From NCBI GenBank assembly GCA_964016885.1, contig OZ024740.1, positions 431,272,001 through 431,336,000 of the forward strand: a stretch of DNA of 64,000 bases, given 5' to 3'. The notes under the pieces were generated by a model. That model did not search any database and had not been told where the DNA came from. It worked only from the letters and a program-made list of their open reading frames with translations. This DNA is from Eledone cirrhosa (Eukaryota). Both the position numbers and the translations under genes were made by a program. This document shows positions 9,701 through 24,264 of this stretch, piece after piece; the first letter of the stretch is position 1; each line of letters begins with the position of its first letter.

Positions 9701-12700
9701 AAAGAGTCCTCTCTACCTTACATGTCTCCAATTGTCAATCTTTAGAGGGGTTGTTATTCCCTTAACAGGAGTAAAGAGTGCTCTCTACCTTACATGTCTC
9801 CAATTGTCAATCTTTAGAGAGGTTGTTATTCCCTTAACAGGAGTAAAGAGTCCTCTCTACCTTACATGTCTCCAATTGTCAATCTTTACAGAGAGGTTGT
9901 TATTCCCTTAACAGGAGTAAAGAGTCCTCTCTACTTTACATGTCTCCAATTGTCAATCTTTAGAGAGGTTGTTATTCCCTTAACAGGAGTAAAGAGTCCT
10001 CTCTACCTTACATGTCTCCAATTGTCAATCTTTAGAGAGGTTGTTATTCCCTTAACAGGAGTAAAGAGTCCTCTCTACCTTACATGTCTCCAATTGTCAA
10101 TCTTTAGAGAGGTTGTTATTCCCTTAACAGGAGTAAAGAGTCCTCTCTACTTTACATGTCTCCAATTGTCAATCTTTAGAGAGGTTGTTATTCCCTTAAC
10201 AGGAGTAGAGACTCCACTCTACTTTACATGTCTCCAATTGTCAATCTTTACAGAGAGGTTGTTATTCCCTTAACAGGAGTAAAGAGTCCTCTCTACTTTA
10301 CACGTCTCCAATTGTCAATCTTTAGAGAGGTTGTTATTCCCTAAACAGGAGTAGAGTCCTCTCTACCTTACATGTCTCCAATTGTCAATCTTTAGAGAGG
10401 TTGTTATTCCCTTAACAGGAGTAAAGAGGCCTCTCTACCTTACATGTCTCCAATTGTCAATCTTTAGAGAGGTTGTTATTCCCTTAAAAGAAGTAAAGAG
10501 TCCTCTCTACCTTACATGTCTCCAATTGTCAATCTTTAGAGAGGTTGTTATTCCCTTAACAGGAGTAAAGAGTCCTCTCTACTTTACATGTCTCCAATTG
10601 TCAATCTTTAGAGAGGTTGTTATTCCCTTAACAGGAGTAGAGAGTCCTCTCTGCCTTACATGTCTCCAATTGTCAATATTTACAGAGAGGTTGTTATTCC
10701 CTTAACAGGCGTAAAGAGTCCTCTCTACTTTACATGTCTCCAATTGTCAATCTTTAGAGAGGTTGTTATTCCCTTAACAGGAGTAAAGAGTCCTCTCTAC
10801 CTTACATGTCTCTCATTGTGAATCTTTAGAGAGGTTGTTATTCCCTTAACAGGAGTAAAGAGTCCTCTCTACCTTACATGTCTCCAATTGTCAATCTTTA
10901 GAGAGGTTGTTATTCCCTTAACAGGAGTAAAGAGTCCTCTCTACCTTACAAGTCTCCTAATTGTCAATCTTTAGAGAGGTTGTTATTCCCTTAACAGGAG
11001 TAAAGAGTCCTCTCTACCTTACATGTCTCCAATTGTCAATCTTTAGAGAGGTTGTTATTCCCTTAACAGGAGTAAAGAGTCCTCTCTACCTTACATGTCT
11101 CCAATTGTCAATCTTTAGAGAGGTTGTTATTCCCTTAACAGGAGTAAAGAGTCCTCTCTACTTTACATGTCTCCAATTGTCAATCTTTAGAGAGGTTGTT
11201 ATTCTCTTAACGGGAGTAAAGCGTCCTCTCTACCTTACATGTCTCCAATTGTCAATCTTTAGAGAGGTTGTTATTCCCTTAACAGGAGTAAAGAGTCCTC
11301 TCTACCTTACATGTCTCCAATTGTCAATCTTTAGAGGGGTTGTTATTCCCTTAACAGGAGTAAAGAGTGCTCTCTACCTTACATGTCTCCAATTGTCAAT
11401 CTTTAGAGAGGTTGTTATTCCCTTAACAGGAGTAAAGAGTCCTCTCTACCTTACATGTCTCCAATTGTCAATCTTTAGAGAGGTTGTTATTCTCTTAACA
11501 GGATTAAAGAGTGCTCTCTACCTTACATGTCTCCAATTGTCAATCTTTAGAGAGGTTGTTATTCCCTTAACAGGAGTAAAGAGTCCTCTCTACCTTACAT
11601 GTCTCCAATTGTCAATCTTTACAGAGATGTTGTTATTCCCTTGACAGGAGTAAAGAGTCCACTCTACTTTACATGTCTCCAATTGTCAATCTTTAGAGAA
11701 GTTGTTATTCCCTTAACAGGAGTAAAGAGTCCTCTCTACCTTACATGTCTCCAATTGTCAATCTTTACAGAGAGGTTGTTATTCCCTTAACAGGAGTAAA
11801 GAGTCCTCTCTACCTTACATGTCTCCAATTGTCAATCTTTAGAGAGGTTGTTATTCCCTTAACAGGATTAAAGAGTGCTCTCTACCTTACATGTCTCCAA
11901 TTGTCAATCTTTAGAGAGGTTGTTATTCCCTTAACAGGAGTAAAGAGTCCTCTCTACCTTACATATCTCCAATTGTCAATCTTTAGAGAGGTTGTTATTC
12001 CATTAACAGGAGTAAAGAGTCCTCTCTACCTTACATGTCTCCAATTGTCAATCTTTACAGAGATGTTGTTATTCCCTTAACAGGAGTAAAGAGTCCACTC
12101 TACTTTACATGTCTCCAATTGTCAATCTTTAGAGAAGTTGTTATTCCCTTAACAGGAGTAAAGAGTCCTCTCTACCTTACATGTCTCCAATTGTCAATCT
12201 TTACAGAGAGGTTGTTATTCCCTTAACAGGAGTAAAGAGTCCTCTCTACCTTACATGTCTCCAATTGTCAATCTTTAGAGAGGTTGTTATTCCCTTAACA
12301 GGAGTAAAGAGTCCTCTCTACCTTACATGTCTCCAATTGTCAATCTTTAGAGAGGTTGTTATTCCCTTAACAGGAGTAAAGAGTCCTCTCTACCTTACAT
12401 GTCTCCAATTGTCAATCTTTAGAGAGGTTGTTATTCCCTTAACAGGAGTAAAGAGTCCTCTCTACCTTACATGTCTCCAATTGTCAATCTTTAGAGAGGT
12501 TGTTATTCCCTTAACAGGAGTAAAGAGTCCTCTCTACTTTACATGTCTCAAATTGTCAATCTTTAGAGAGGTTGTTATTCCCTTAACGGGAGTACAGAGT
12601 CCTCTCTACCTTACATATCTCCAATTGTCAATCTTTAGAGAGGTTGTTATTCCCTTAACAGGAGTAAAGAGTGCTCTCTACCTTACATGTCTCCAATTGT

Positions 12701-14563
12701 CAATCTTTAGAGAGGTTGTTATTCCCTTAACAGGAGTAAAGAGTCCTCTCTACCTTACATGTCTCCAATTGTCAATCTTTAGAGAGGTTGTTATTCCCTT
12801 AACAGGAGTAGAGAGTCCTCTCTACCTTACATGTCTCCAATTGTCAATATTTACAGAGAGGTTGTTATTCCCTTAACAGGCGTAAAGAGTCCTCTCTACT
12901 TTACATGTCTCCAATTGTCAATCTTTAGAGAGGTTGTTATTCCCTTAACAGGAGTAAAGAGTCCTCTCTACCTTACATGTCTCTCATTGTGAATCTTTAG
13001 AGAGGTTGTTATTCCCTTAACAGGAGTAAAGAGTCCTCTCTACCTTACATGTCTCCAATTGTCAATCTTTAGAGAGGTTGTTATTCTCTTAACGGGAGTA
13101 AAGAGTCCTCTCTACCTTACATGTCTCCAATTGTCAATCTTTAGAGAGGTTGTTATTCCCTTAACAGGAGTAAAGAGTCCTCTCTACCTTACATGTCTCC
13201 AATTGTCAATCTTTAGAGGGGTTGTTATTCCCTTCACAGGAGTAAAGAGTGCTCTCTACCTTACATGTCTCCAATTGTCAATCTTTAGAGAGGTTGTTAT
13301 TCCCTTAACAGGAGTAAAGAGTCCTCTCTACCTTACATGTCTCCAATTGTCAATCTTTAGAGAGGTTGTTATTCCCTTAACAGGATTAAAGAGTGCTCTC
13401 TACCTTACATGTCTCCAATTGTCAATCTTTAGAGAGGTTGTTATTCCCTTAACAGGAGTAAAGAGTCCTCTCTACCTTACATATCTCCAATTGTCAATCT
13501 TTAGAGAGGTTGTTATTCCCTTAACAGGAGTAAAGAGTCCTCTATACCTTACATGTCTCCAATTGTCAATCTTTACAGAGATGTTGTTATTCCCTTAACA
13601 GGAGTAAAGAGTCCACTCTACTTTACATGTCTCCAATTGTCAATCTTTAGAGAAGTTGTTATTCCCTTAACAGGAGTAAAGAGTCCTCTCTACCTTACAT
13701 GTCTCCAATTGTCAATCTTTACAGAGAGGTTGTTATTCCCTTAACAGGAGTAAAGAGTCCTCTCTACCTTACATGTCTCCAATTGTCAATCTTTAGAGAG
13801 GTTGTTATTCCCTTAACAGGAGTAAAGAGTCCTCTCTACCTTACATGTCTCCAATTGTCAATCTTTAGAGAGGTTGTTATTCCCTTAACAGGAGTAAAGA
13901 GTCCTCTCTACCTTACATGTCTCCAATTGTCAATCTTTAGAGAGGTTGTTATTCCCTTAACAGGAGTAAAGAGTCCTCTCTACTTTACATGTCTCCAATT
14001 GTCAATCTTTAGAGAGGTTGTTATTCCCTTAACAGGAGTAGAGACTCCACTCTACTTTACATGTCTCCAATTGTCAATCTTTACAGAGAGGTTGTTATTC
14101 CCTTAACAGGAGTAAAGAGTCCTCTCTACTTTACACGTCTCCAATTGTCAATCTTTAGAGAGGTTGTTATTCCCTAAACAGGAGTAGAGTCCTCTCTACC
14201 TTACATGTCTCCAATTGTCAATCTTTAGAGAGGTTGTTATTCCCTTAACAGGAGTAAAGAGGCCTCTCTACCTTACATGTCTCCAATTGTCAATCTTTAG
14301 AGAGGTTGTTATTCCCTTAAAAGAAGTAAAGAGTCCTCTCTACCTTACATGTCTCCAATTGTCAATCTTTAGAGAGGTTGTTATTCCCTTAACAGGAGTA
14401 AAGAGTCCTCTCTACTTTACATGTCTCCAATTGTCAATCTTTAGAGAGGTTGTTATTCCCTTAACAGGAGTAGAGAGTCCTCTCTACCTTACATGTCTCC
14501 AATTGTCAATATTTACAGAGAGGTTGTTATTCCCTTAACAGGCGTAAAGAGTCCTCTCTACTT
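3720..14563 (+). repeat. 5422-bp (~75-monomer) tandem duplication, copies ~3720-9141 and ~9142-14563
   Basis: Landmarks recur at offset exactly 5422 (3950/9372, 4444/9866, 4960/10382, 5539/10961, 6759/12181, 7637/13059, 8793/14215). Rare variants are shared, e.g. CCTTTCATG at ~3791/9213, TTCACAGG at ~7811/13233 and TCTGCC at ~5230/10652. Boundaries are good to about one monomer. Confidence 0.92.
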
Positions 14564-15974
14564 TACATGTCTCCAATTGTCAATCTTTAGAGAGGTTGTT
14601 ATTCCCTTAACAGGAGTAAAGAGTCCTCTCTACCTTACATGTCTCTCATTGTGAATCTTTAGAGAGGTTGTTATTCCCTTAACAGGAGTAAAGAGTCCTC
14701 TCTACCTTACATGTCTCCAATTGTCAATCTTTAGAGAGGTTGTTATTCCCTTAACAGGAGTAAAGAGTCCTCTCTACCTTACAAGTCTCCTAATTGTCAA
14801 TCTTTAGAGAGGTTGTTATTCCCTTAACAGGAGTAAAGAGTCCTCTCTACCTTACATGTCTCCAATTGTCAATCTTTAGAGAGGTTGTTATTCCCTTAAC
14901 AGGAGTAAAGAGTCCTCTCTACCTTACATGTCTCCAATTGTCAATCTTTAGAGAGGTTGTTATTCCCTTAACAGGAGTAAAGAGTCCTCTCTACTTTACA
15001 TGTCTCCAATTGTCAATCTTTAGAGAGGTTGTTATTCTCTTAACGGGAGTAAAGCGTCCTCTCTACCTTACATGTCTCCAATTGTCAATCTTTAGAGAGG
15101 TTGTTATTCCCTTAACAGGAGTAAAGAGTCCTCTCTACCTTACATGTCTCCAATTGTCAATCTTTAGAGGGGTTGTTATTCCCTTAACAGGAGTAAAGAG
15201 TGCTCTCTACCTTACATGTCTCCAATTGTCAATCTTTAGAGAGGTTGTTATTCCCTTAACAGGAGTAAAGAGTCCTCTCTACCTTACATGTCTCCAATTG
15301 TCAATCTTTAGAGAGGTTGTTATTCTCTTAACAGGATTAAAGAGTGCTCTCTACCTTACATGTCTCCAATTGTCAATCTTTAGAGAGGTTGATATTCCCT
15401 TAACAGGAGTAAAGAGTCCTCTCTACCTTACATGTCTCCAATTGTCAATCTTTACAGAGATGTTGTTATTCCCTTAACAGGAGTAAAGAGTCCACTCTAC
15501 TTTACATGTCTCCAATTGTCAATCTTTAGAGAAGTTGTTATTCCCTTAACAGGAGTAAAGAGTCCTCTCTACCTTACATGTCTCCAATTGTCAATCTTTA
15601 CAGAGAGGTTGTTATTCCCTTAACAGGAGTAAAGAGTCCTCTCTACCTTACATGTCTCCAATTGTCAATCTTTAGAGAGGTTGTTATTCCCTTAACAGGA
15701 TTAAAGAGTGCTCTCTACCTTACATGTCTCCAATTGTCAATCTTTAGAGAGGTTGTTATTCCCTTAACAGGAGTAAAGAGTCCTCTCTACCTTACATATC
15801 TCCAATTGTCAATCTTTAGAGAGGTTGTTATTCCATTAACAGGAGTAAAGAGTCCTCTCTACCTTACATGTCTCCAATTGTCAATCTTTACAGAGATGTT
15901 GTTATTCCCTTAACAGAAGTAAAGAGTCCACTCTACTTTACATGTCTCCAATTGTCAATCTTTAGAGAAGTTGT

Positions 15975-18599
15975 TATTCCCTTAACAGGAGTAAAGAGTC
16001 CTCTCTACCTTACATGTCTCCAATTGTCAATCTTTACAGAGAGGTTGTTATTCCCTTAACAGGAGTAAAGAGTCCTCTCTACCTTACATGTCTCCAATTG
16101 TCAATCTTTAGAGAGGTTGTTATTCCCTTAACAGGAGTAAAGAGTCCTCTCTACCTTACATGTCTCCAATTGTCAATCTTTAGAGAGGTTGTTATTCCCT
16201 TAACAGGAGTAAAGAGTCCTCTCTACCTTACATGTCTCCAATTGTCAATCTTTAGAGAGGTTGTTATTCCCTTAACAGGAGTAAAGAGTCCTCTCTACTT
16301 TACATGTCTCCAATTGTCAATCTTTAGAGAGGTTGTTATTCCCTTAACAGGAGTAGAGAGTCCTCTCTACCTTACATGTCTCCAATTGTCAATCTTTACA
16401 GAGAGGTTGTTATTCCCTTAACAGGAGTAAAGAGTCCTCTCTACTTTACACGTCTCCAATTGTCAATCTTTAGAGAGGTTGTTATTCTCTAAACAGGAGT
16501 AGAGTCCTCTCTACCTTACATGTCTCCAATTGTCAATCTTTAGAGAGGTTGTTATTCCCTTAACAGGAGTAAAGAGGCCTCTCTACCTTACATGTCTCCA
16601 ATTGTCAATCTTTAGAGAGGTTGTTATTCCCTTAACAGAAGTAAAGAGTCCTCTCTACCTTACATGTCTCCAATTGTCAATCTTTAGAGAGGTTGTTATT
16701 CCCTTAACAGGAGTAAAGAGTCCTCTCTACTTTACATGTCTCCAATTGTCAATCTTTAGAGAGGTTGCTATTCCCTTAACAGGAGTAGAGAGTCCTCTCT
16801 ACCTTACATGTCTCCAATTGTCAATATTTACAGAGAGGTTGTTATTCCCTTAACAGGCGTAAAGAGTCCTCTCTACTTTACATGTCTCCAATTGTCAATC
16901 TTTAGAGAGGTTGTTATTCCCTTAACAGGAGTAAAGAGTCCTCTCTACCTTACATGTCTCTCATTGTGAATCTTTAGAGAGGTTGTTATTCCCTTAACAG
17001 GAGTAAAGAGTCCTCTCTACCTTACATGTCTCCAATTGTCAATCTTTAGAGAGGTTGTTATTCTCTTAACGGGAGTAAAGAGTCCTCTCTACCTTACATG
17101 TCTCCAATTGTCAATCTTTAGAGAGGTTGTTATTCCCTTAACAGGAGTAAAGAGTCCTCTCCACCTTACATGTCTCCTAATTGTCAATCTTTAGAGAGGT
17201 TGTTATTCCCTTAACAGGAGTAAAGAGTCCTCTCTACCTTACATGTCTCCAATTGTCAATCTTTAGAGAGGTTGTTATTCCCTTAACAGGAGTAAAGAGT
17301 CCTCTCTACCTTACATGTCTCCAATTGTCAATCTTTAGAGAGGTTGTTATTCCCTTAACAGGAGTAAAGAGTCCTCTCTACTTTACATGTCTCCAATTGT
17401 CAATCTTTAGAGAGGTTGTTATTCTCTTAACGGGAGTAAAGAGTCCTCTCTACCTTACATGCCTCCAATTGTCAATCTTTAGAGAGGTTGTTATTCCCTT
17501 AACAGGAGTAAAGAGTCCTCTCTACCTTACATGTCTCCAATTGTCAATCTTTAGAGGGGTTGTAATTCCCTTAACAGGAGTAAAGAGTGCTCTCTACCTT
17601 ACATGTCTCCAATTGTCAATCTTTAGAGAGGTTGTTATTCCCTTAACAGGAGTAAAGAGTCCTCTCTACCTTACATGTCTCCAATTGTCAATCTTTAGAG
17701 AGGTTGTTATTCTCTTAACAGGATTAAAGAGTGCTCTCTACCTTACATGTCTCCAATTGTCAATCTTTAGAGAGGTTGTTATTCCCTTAACAGGAGTAAA
17801 GAGTCCTCTCTACCTTACATATCTCCAATTGTCAATCTTTAGAGAGGTTGTTATTCCCTTAACAGGAGTAAAGAGTCCTCTCTACCTTACATGTCTCCAA
17901 TTGTCAATCTTTACAGATATGTTGTTATTCCCTTAACAGGAGTAAAGAGTCCACTCTACTTTACATGTCTCCAATTGTCAATCTTTAGAGAAGTTGTTAT
18001 TCCCTTAACAGGAGTAAAGAGTCCTCTCTACCTTACATGTCTCCAATTGTCAATCTTTACAGAGAGGTTGTTATTCCCTTAACAGGAGTAAAGAGTCCTC
18101 TCTACCTTACATGTCTCCAATTGTCAATCTTTAGAGAGGTTGTTATTCCCTTAACAGGAGTAAAGAGTCCTCTCTACCTTACATGTCTCCAATTGTCAAT
18201 CTTTAGAGAGGTTGTTATTCCCTTAACAGGAGTAAAGAGTCCTCACTACCTTACATGTCTCCAATTGTCAATCTTTAGAGAGGTTGTTATTCCCTTAACA
18301 GGAGTAAAGAGTCCTCTCTACTTTACATGTCTCCAATTGTCAATCTTTAGAGAGGTTGTTATTCCCTTAACAGGAGTAGAGAGTCCTCTCTACCTTACAT
18401 GTCTCCAATTGTCAATCTTTACAGAGAGGTTTTTATTCCCTTAACAGGAGTAAAGAGTCCTCTCTACTTTACACATCTCCAATTGTCAATCTTTAGAGAG
18501 GTTGTTATTCCCTAAACAGGAGTAGAGTCCTCTCTACCTTACATGTCTCCAATTGTCAATCTTTAGAGAGGTTGTTATTCCCTTAACAGGAGTAAAGAG
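15975..18599 (+). repeat. ~2.6-kb block repeated at ~27024-29648 (offset 11049)
   Basis: Landmarks 16530/27579, 17181/28230 and 18037/29086. Shared rare variants GTTGCTA, ATGCCTCC, TGTAATTCCC, GGTTTTTATT and ACACATCTCC. Several private differences between the copies. Confidence 0.85.
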
Positions 18600-21500
18600 T
18601 CCTCTCTACCTTACATATCTCCAATTGTCAATCTTTAGAGAGGTTGTTATTCCCTTAACAGGAGTAAAGAGTCCTCTCTACCTTACATGTCTCCAATTGT
18701 CAATCTTTACAGAGATGTTGTTATTCCCTTAACAGGAGTAAAGAGTCCACTCTACTTTACATGTCTCCAATTGCCAATCTTTAGAGAAGTTGTTATTCCC
18801 TTAACAGGAGTAAAGAGTCCTCTCTACCTTACATGTCTCCAATTGTCAATCTTTACAGAGAGGTTGTTATTCCCTTAACAGGAGTAAAGAGTCCTCTCTA
18901 CCTTACATGTCTCCAATTGTCAATCTTTAGAGAGGTTGTTATTCCCTTAACAGGAGTAAAGAGTCCTCTCTACCTTACATGTCTCCAATTGTCAATCTTT
19001 AGAGAGGTTGTTATTCCCTTAACAGGAGTAAAGAGTCCTCTCTACCTTACATGTCCCCAATTGTCAATCTTTAGAGAGGTTGTTATTCCCTTAACAGGAG
19101 TAAAGAGTCCTCTCTACTTTACATGTCTCCAATTGTCAATCTTTAGAGAGGTTGTTATTCCCTTAACAGGAGTAGAGAGTCCTCTCTACCTTACATGTCT
19201 CCAATTGTCAATCTTTACAGAGAGGTTGTTATTCCCTTAACAGGAGTAAAGAGTCCTCTCTACTTTACACGTCTCCAATTGTCAATCTTTAGAGAGGTTG
19301 TTATTCCCTAAACAGGAGTAGAGTCCTCTCTACCTTACATGTCTCCAATTGTCAATCTTTAGAGAGGTTGTTATTCCCTTAACAGGAGTAAAGAGGCCTC
19401 TCTACCTTACATGTCTCCAATTGTCAATCTTTAGAGAGGTTGTTATTCCGTTAACAGGAGTAAAGAGTCCTCTCTACCTTACATGTCTCTCATTGTGAAT
19501 CTTTAGAGAGGTTGTTATTCCCTTAACGGGAGTAAAGAGTCCTCTCTACCTTACATGTCTCCAATTGTCAATCTTTAGAGAGGTTGTTATTCCCTTAACA
19601 GGAGTAAAGAGTGCTCTCTACCTTACATGTCTCCAATTGTCAATCTTTAGAGAGGTTGTTATTCCCTTAACAGGAGTAGAGTCCTCTCTACCTTACATGT
19701 CTCCAATTGTCAATCTTTAGAGAGGTTGTTATTCACTTAACATGAGTAAAGAGTCCTCTCTACCTTACATGTCTCCAATTGTCAATCTTTAGAGAGGTTG
19801 TTATTCCCTTAACAGGAGTAAAGAGTCCTCTCTACCTTACATGTCTCCAATTGTCAATCTTTAGAGAGGTTGTTATTCCCTTAACAGGAGTAAAGAGTCC
19901 TCTCTACTTTACATGTCTCAAATTGTCAATCTTTAGAGAGGTTATTCCCTTAACGGGAGTACAGAGTCCTCTCTACCTTACATGTCTCCAATTGTCAATC
20001 TTTAGAGAGGTTGTTATTCCCTTAACAGGAGTAAAGAGTGCTCTCTACCTTACATGTCTCCAATTGTCAATCTTTAGAGAGGTTGTTATTCCCTTAACAG
20101 GAGTAAAGAGTCCTCTCTACCTTACATGTCTCCTAATTGTCAATCTTCAGAGAGGTTGTTATTCCCTTAACAGGAGTAAAGAGTCCTCTCTACCTTACAT
20201 GTCTCCAATTGTCAATCTTTAAAGAGGTTGTTATTCCCTTAACAGGAGTAAAGAGTCCTCTCTACTTTACATGTCTCCAATTGTCAATCTTTAGAGAGGT
20301 TGTTATTCCCTTAACAGGAGTAAAGAGTCCTCTCTACCTTACATGTCTCCAATTGTCAATATTTACAGAGAGGTTGTTATTCCCTTAACAGGAGTAAAGA
20401 GTCCTCTCTACTTTACATGTCTCCAATTGTCAATCTTTAGAGAGGTTGTTATTCCCTTAACAGGAGTAGAGAGTCCTCTCTACCTTACATGTCTCCAATT
20501 GTCAATATTTACAGAGAGGTTGTTATTCCCTTAACAGGCGTAAAGAGTCCTCTCTACTTTACATGTCTCCAATTGTCAATCTTTAGAGAGGTTGTTATTC
20601 CCTTAACAGGAGTAAAGAGTCCTCTCTACCTTACATGTCTCTCATTGTGAATCTTTAGAGAGGTTGTTATTCCCTTAACAGGAGTAAAGAGTCCTCTCTA
20701 CCTTACATGTCTCCAATTGTCAATCTTTAGAGAGGTTGTTATTCTCTTAACGGGAGTAAAGAGTCCTCTCTACCTTACATGTCTCCAATTGTCAATCTTT
20801 AGAGAGGTTGTTATTCCCTTAACAGGAGTAAAGAGTCCTCTCTACCTTACATGTCTCCAATTGTCAAGCTTTAGAGGGGTTGTTATTCCCTTAACAGGAG
20901 TAAAGAGTGCTCTCTACCTTACATGTCTCCAATTGTCAATCTTTAGAGAGGTTGTTATTCCCTTAACAGGAGTAAAGAGTCCTCTCTACCTTACATGTCT
21001 CCAATTGTCAATCTTTAGAGAGGTTGTTATTCCCTTAACAGGATTAAAGAGTGCTCTCTACCTTACATGTCTCCAATTGTCAATCTTTAGAGAGGTTGTT
21101 ATTCCCTTAACAGGAGTAAAGAGTCCTCTCTACCTTACATATCTCCAATTGTCAATCTTTAGAGAGGTTGTTATTCCCTTAACAGGAGTAAAGAGTCCTC
21201 TATACCTTACATGTCTCCAATTGTCAATCTTTACAGAGATGTTGTTATTCCCTTAACAGGAGTAAAGAGTCCACTCTACTTTACATGTCTCCAATTGTGA
21301 TTCTTTAGAGAAGTTGTTATTCCCTTAACAGGAGTAAAGAGTCCTCTCTACCTTACATGTCTCCAATTGTCAATCTTTACAGAGAGGTTGTTATTCCCTT
21401 AACAGGAGTAAAGAGTCCTCTCTACCTTACATGTCTCCAATTGTCAATCTTTAGAGAGGTTGTTATTCCCTTAACAGGAGTAAAGAGTCCTCTCTACCTT

Positions 21501-24264
21501 ACATGTCTCCAATTGTCAATCTTTAGAGAGGTTGTTATTCCCTTAACAGGAGTAAAGAGTCCTCTCTACCTTACATGTCTCCAATTGTCAATCTTTAGAG
21601 AGGTTGTTATTCCCTTAACAGGAGTAAAGAGTCCTCTCTACTTTACATGTCTCCAATTGTCAATCTTTAGAGAGGTTGTTGTTCCCTTAACAGGAGTAGA
21701 GAGTCCTCTCTACCTTACATGTCTCCAATTGTCAATCTTTACAGAGAGGTTGTTATTCCCTTAACAGGAGTAAAGAGTCCTCTCTACTTTACACGTCTCC
21801 AATTGTCAATCTTTAGAGAGGTTGTTATTCCCTAAACAGGAGTAGAGTCCTCTCTACCTTACATGTCTCCAATTGTCAATCTTTAGAGAGGTTGTTATTC
21901 CCTTAACAGGAGTAAAGAGGCCTCTCTACCTTACATGTCTCCAATTGTCAATCTTTAGAGAGGTTGTTATTCCGTTAACAGGAGTAAAGAGTCCTCTCTA
22001 CCTTACATGTCTCTCATTGTGAATCTTTAGAGAGGTTGTTATTCCCTTAACGGGAGTAAAGAGTCCTCTCTACCTTACATGTCTCCAATTGTCAATCTTT
22101 AGAGAGGTTGTTATTCCCTTAACAGGAGTAAAGAGTGCTCTCTACCTTACATGTCTCCAATTGTCAATCTTTAGAGAGGTTGTTATTCCCTTAACAGGAG
22201 TAGAGTCCTCTCTACCTTACATGTCTCCAATTGTCAATCTTTAGAGAGGTTGTTATTCACTTAACATGAGTAAAGAGTCCTCTCTACCTTACATGTCTCC
22301 AATTGTCAATCTTTAGAGAGGTTGTTATTCCCTTAACAGGAGTAAAGAGTCCTCTCTACCTTACATGTCTCCAATTGTCAATCTTTAGAGAGGTTGTTAT
22401 TCCCTTAACAGGAGTAAAGAGTCCTCTCTACTTTACATGTCTCAAATTGTCAATCTTTAGAGAGGTTGTTATTCCCTTAACGGGAGTACAGAGTCCTCTC
22501 TACCTTACATATCTCCAATTGTCAATCTTTAGAGAGGTTGTTATTCCCTTAACAGGAGTAAAGAGTGCTCTCTACCTTACATGTCTCCAATTGTCAATCT
22601 TTAGAGAGGTTGTTATTCCCTTAACAGGAGTAAAGAGTCCTCTCTACCTTACATGTCTCCAATTGTCAATCTTTAGAGAGGTTGTTATTCCCTTAACAGG
22701 AGTAAAGAGTCCTCTCTACCTTACATGTCTCCAATTGTCAATATTTACAGAGAGGTTGTTATTCCCTTAACAGGAGTAAAGAGTCCTCTCTACTTTACAT
22801 GTCTCCAATTGTCAATCTTTAGAGAGGTTGTTATTCCCTTAACAGGAGTAGAGAGTCCTCTCTACCTTACATGTCTCCAATTGTCAATATTTACAGAGAG
22901 GTTGTTATTCCCTTAACAGGCGTAAAGAGTCCTCTCTACTTTACATGTCTCCAATTGTCAATCTTTAGAGAGGTTGTTATTCCCTTAACAGGAGTAAAGA
23001 GTCCTCTCTACCTTACATGTCTCTCATTGTGAATCTTTAGAGAGGTTGTTATTCCCTTAACAGGAGTAAAGAGTCCTCTCTACCTTACATGTCTCCAATT
23101 GTCAATCTTTAGAGAGGTTGTTATTCTCTTAACGGGAGTAAAGAGTCCTCTCTACCTTACATGTCTCCAATTGTCAATCTTTAGAGAGGTTGTTATTCCC
23201 TTAACAGGAGTAAAGAGTCCTCTCTACCTTACATGTCTCCAATTGTCAATCTTTAGAGGGGTTGTTATTCCCTTAACAGGAGTAAAGAGTGCTCTCTACC
23301 TTACATGTCTCCAATTGTCAATCTTTAGAGAGGTTGTTATTCCCTTAACAGGAGTAAAGAGTCCTCTCTACCTTACATGTCTCCAATTGTCAATCTTTAG
23401 AGAGGTTGTTATTCCCTTAACAGGATTAAAGAGTGCTCTCTACCTTACATGTCTCCAATTGTCAATCTTTAGAGAGGTTGTTATTCCCTTAACAGGAGTA
23501 AAGAGTCCTCTCTACCTTACATATCTCCAATTGTCAATCTTTAGAGAGGTTGTTATTCCCTTAACAGGAGTAAAGAGTCCTCTATACCTTACATGTCTCC
23601 AATTGTCAATCTTTACAGAGATGTTGTTATTCCCTTAACAGGAGTAAAGAGTCCACTCTACTTTACATGTCTCCAATTGTCAATCTTTAGAGAAGTTGTT
23701 ATTCCCTTAACAGGAGTAAAGAGTCCTCTCTACCTTACATGTCTCCAATTGTCAATCTTTACAGAGAGGTTGTTATTCCCTTAACAGGAGTAAAGAGTCC
23801 TCTCTACCTTACATGTCTCCAATTGTCAATCTTTAGAGAGGTTGTTATTCCCTTAACAGGAGTAAAGAGTCCTCTCTACCTTACATGTCTCCAATTGTCA
23901 ATCTTTAGAGAGGTTGTTATTCCCTTAACAGGAGTAAAGAGGCCTCTCTACCTTATATGTCTCCAATTGTCAATCTTTAGAGAGGTTGTTATTCCCTTAA
24001 CAGAAGTAAAGAGTCCTCTCTACCTTACATGTCTCCAATTGTCAATCTTTAGAGAGGTTGTTATTCCCTTAACAGGAGTAAAGAGTCCTCTCTACTTTAC
24101 ATGTCTCCAATTGTCAATCTTTAGAGAGGTTGTTATTCCCTTAACAGGAGTAGAGAGTCCTCTCTACCTTACATGTCTCCAATTGTCAATATTTACAGAG
24201 AGGTTGTTATTCCCTTAACAGGCGTAAAGAGTCCTCTCTACTTTACATGTCTCCAATTGTCAAT

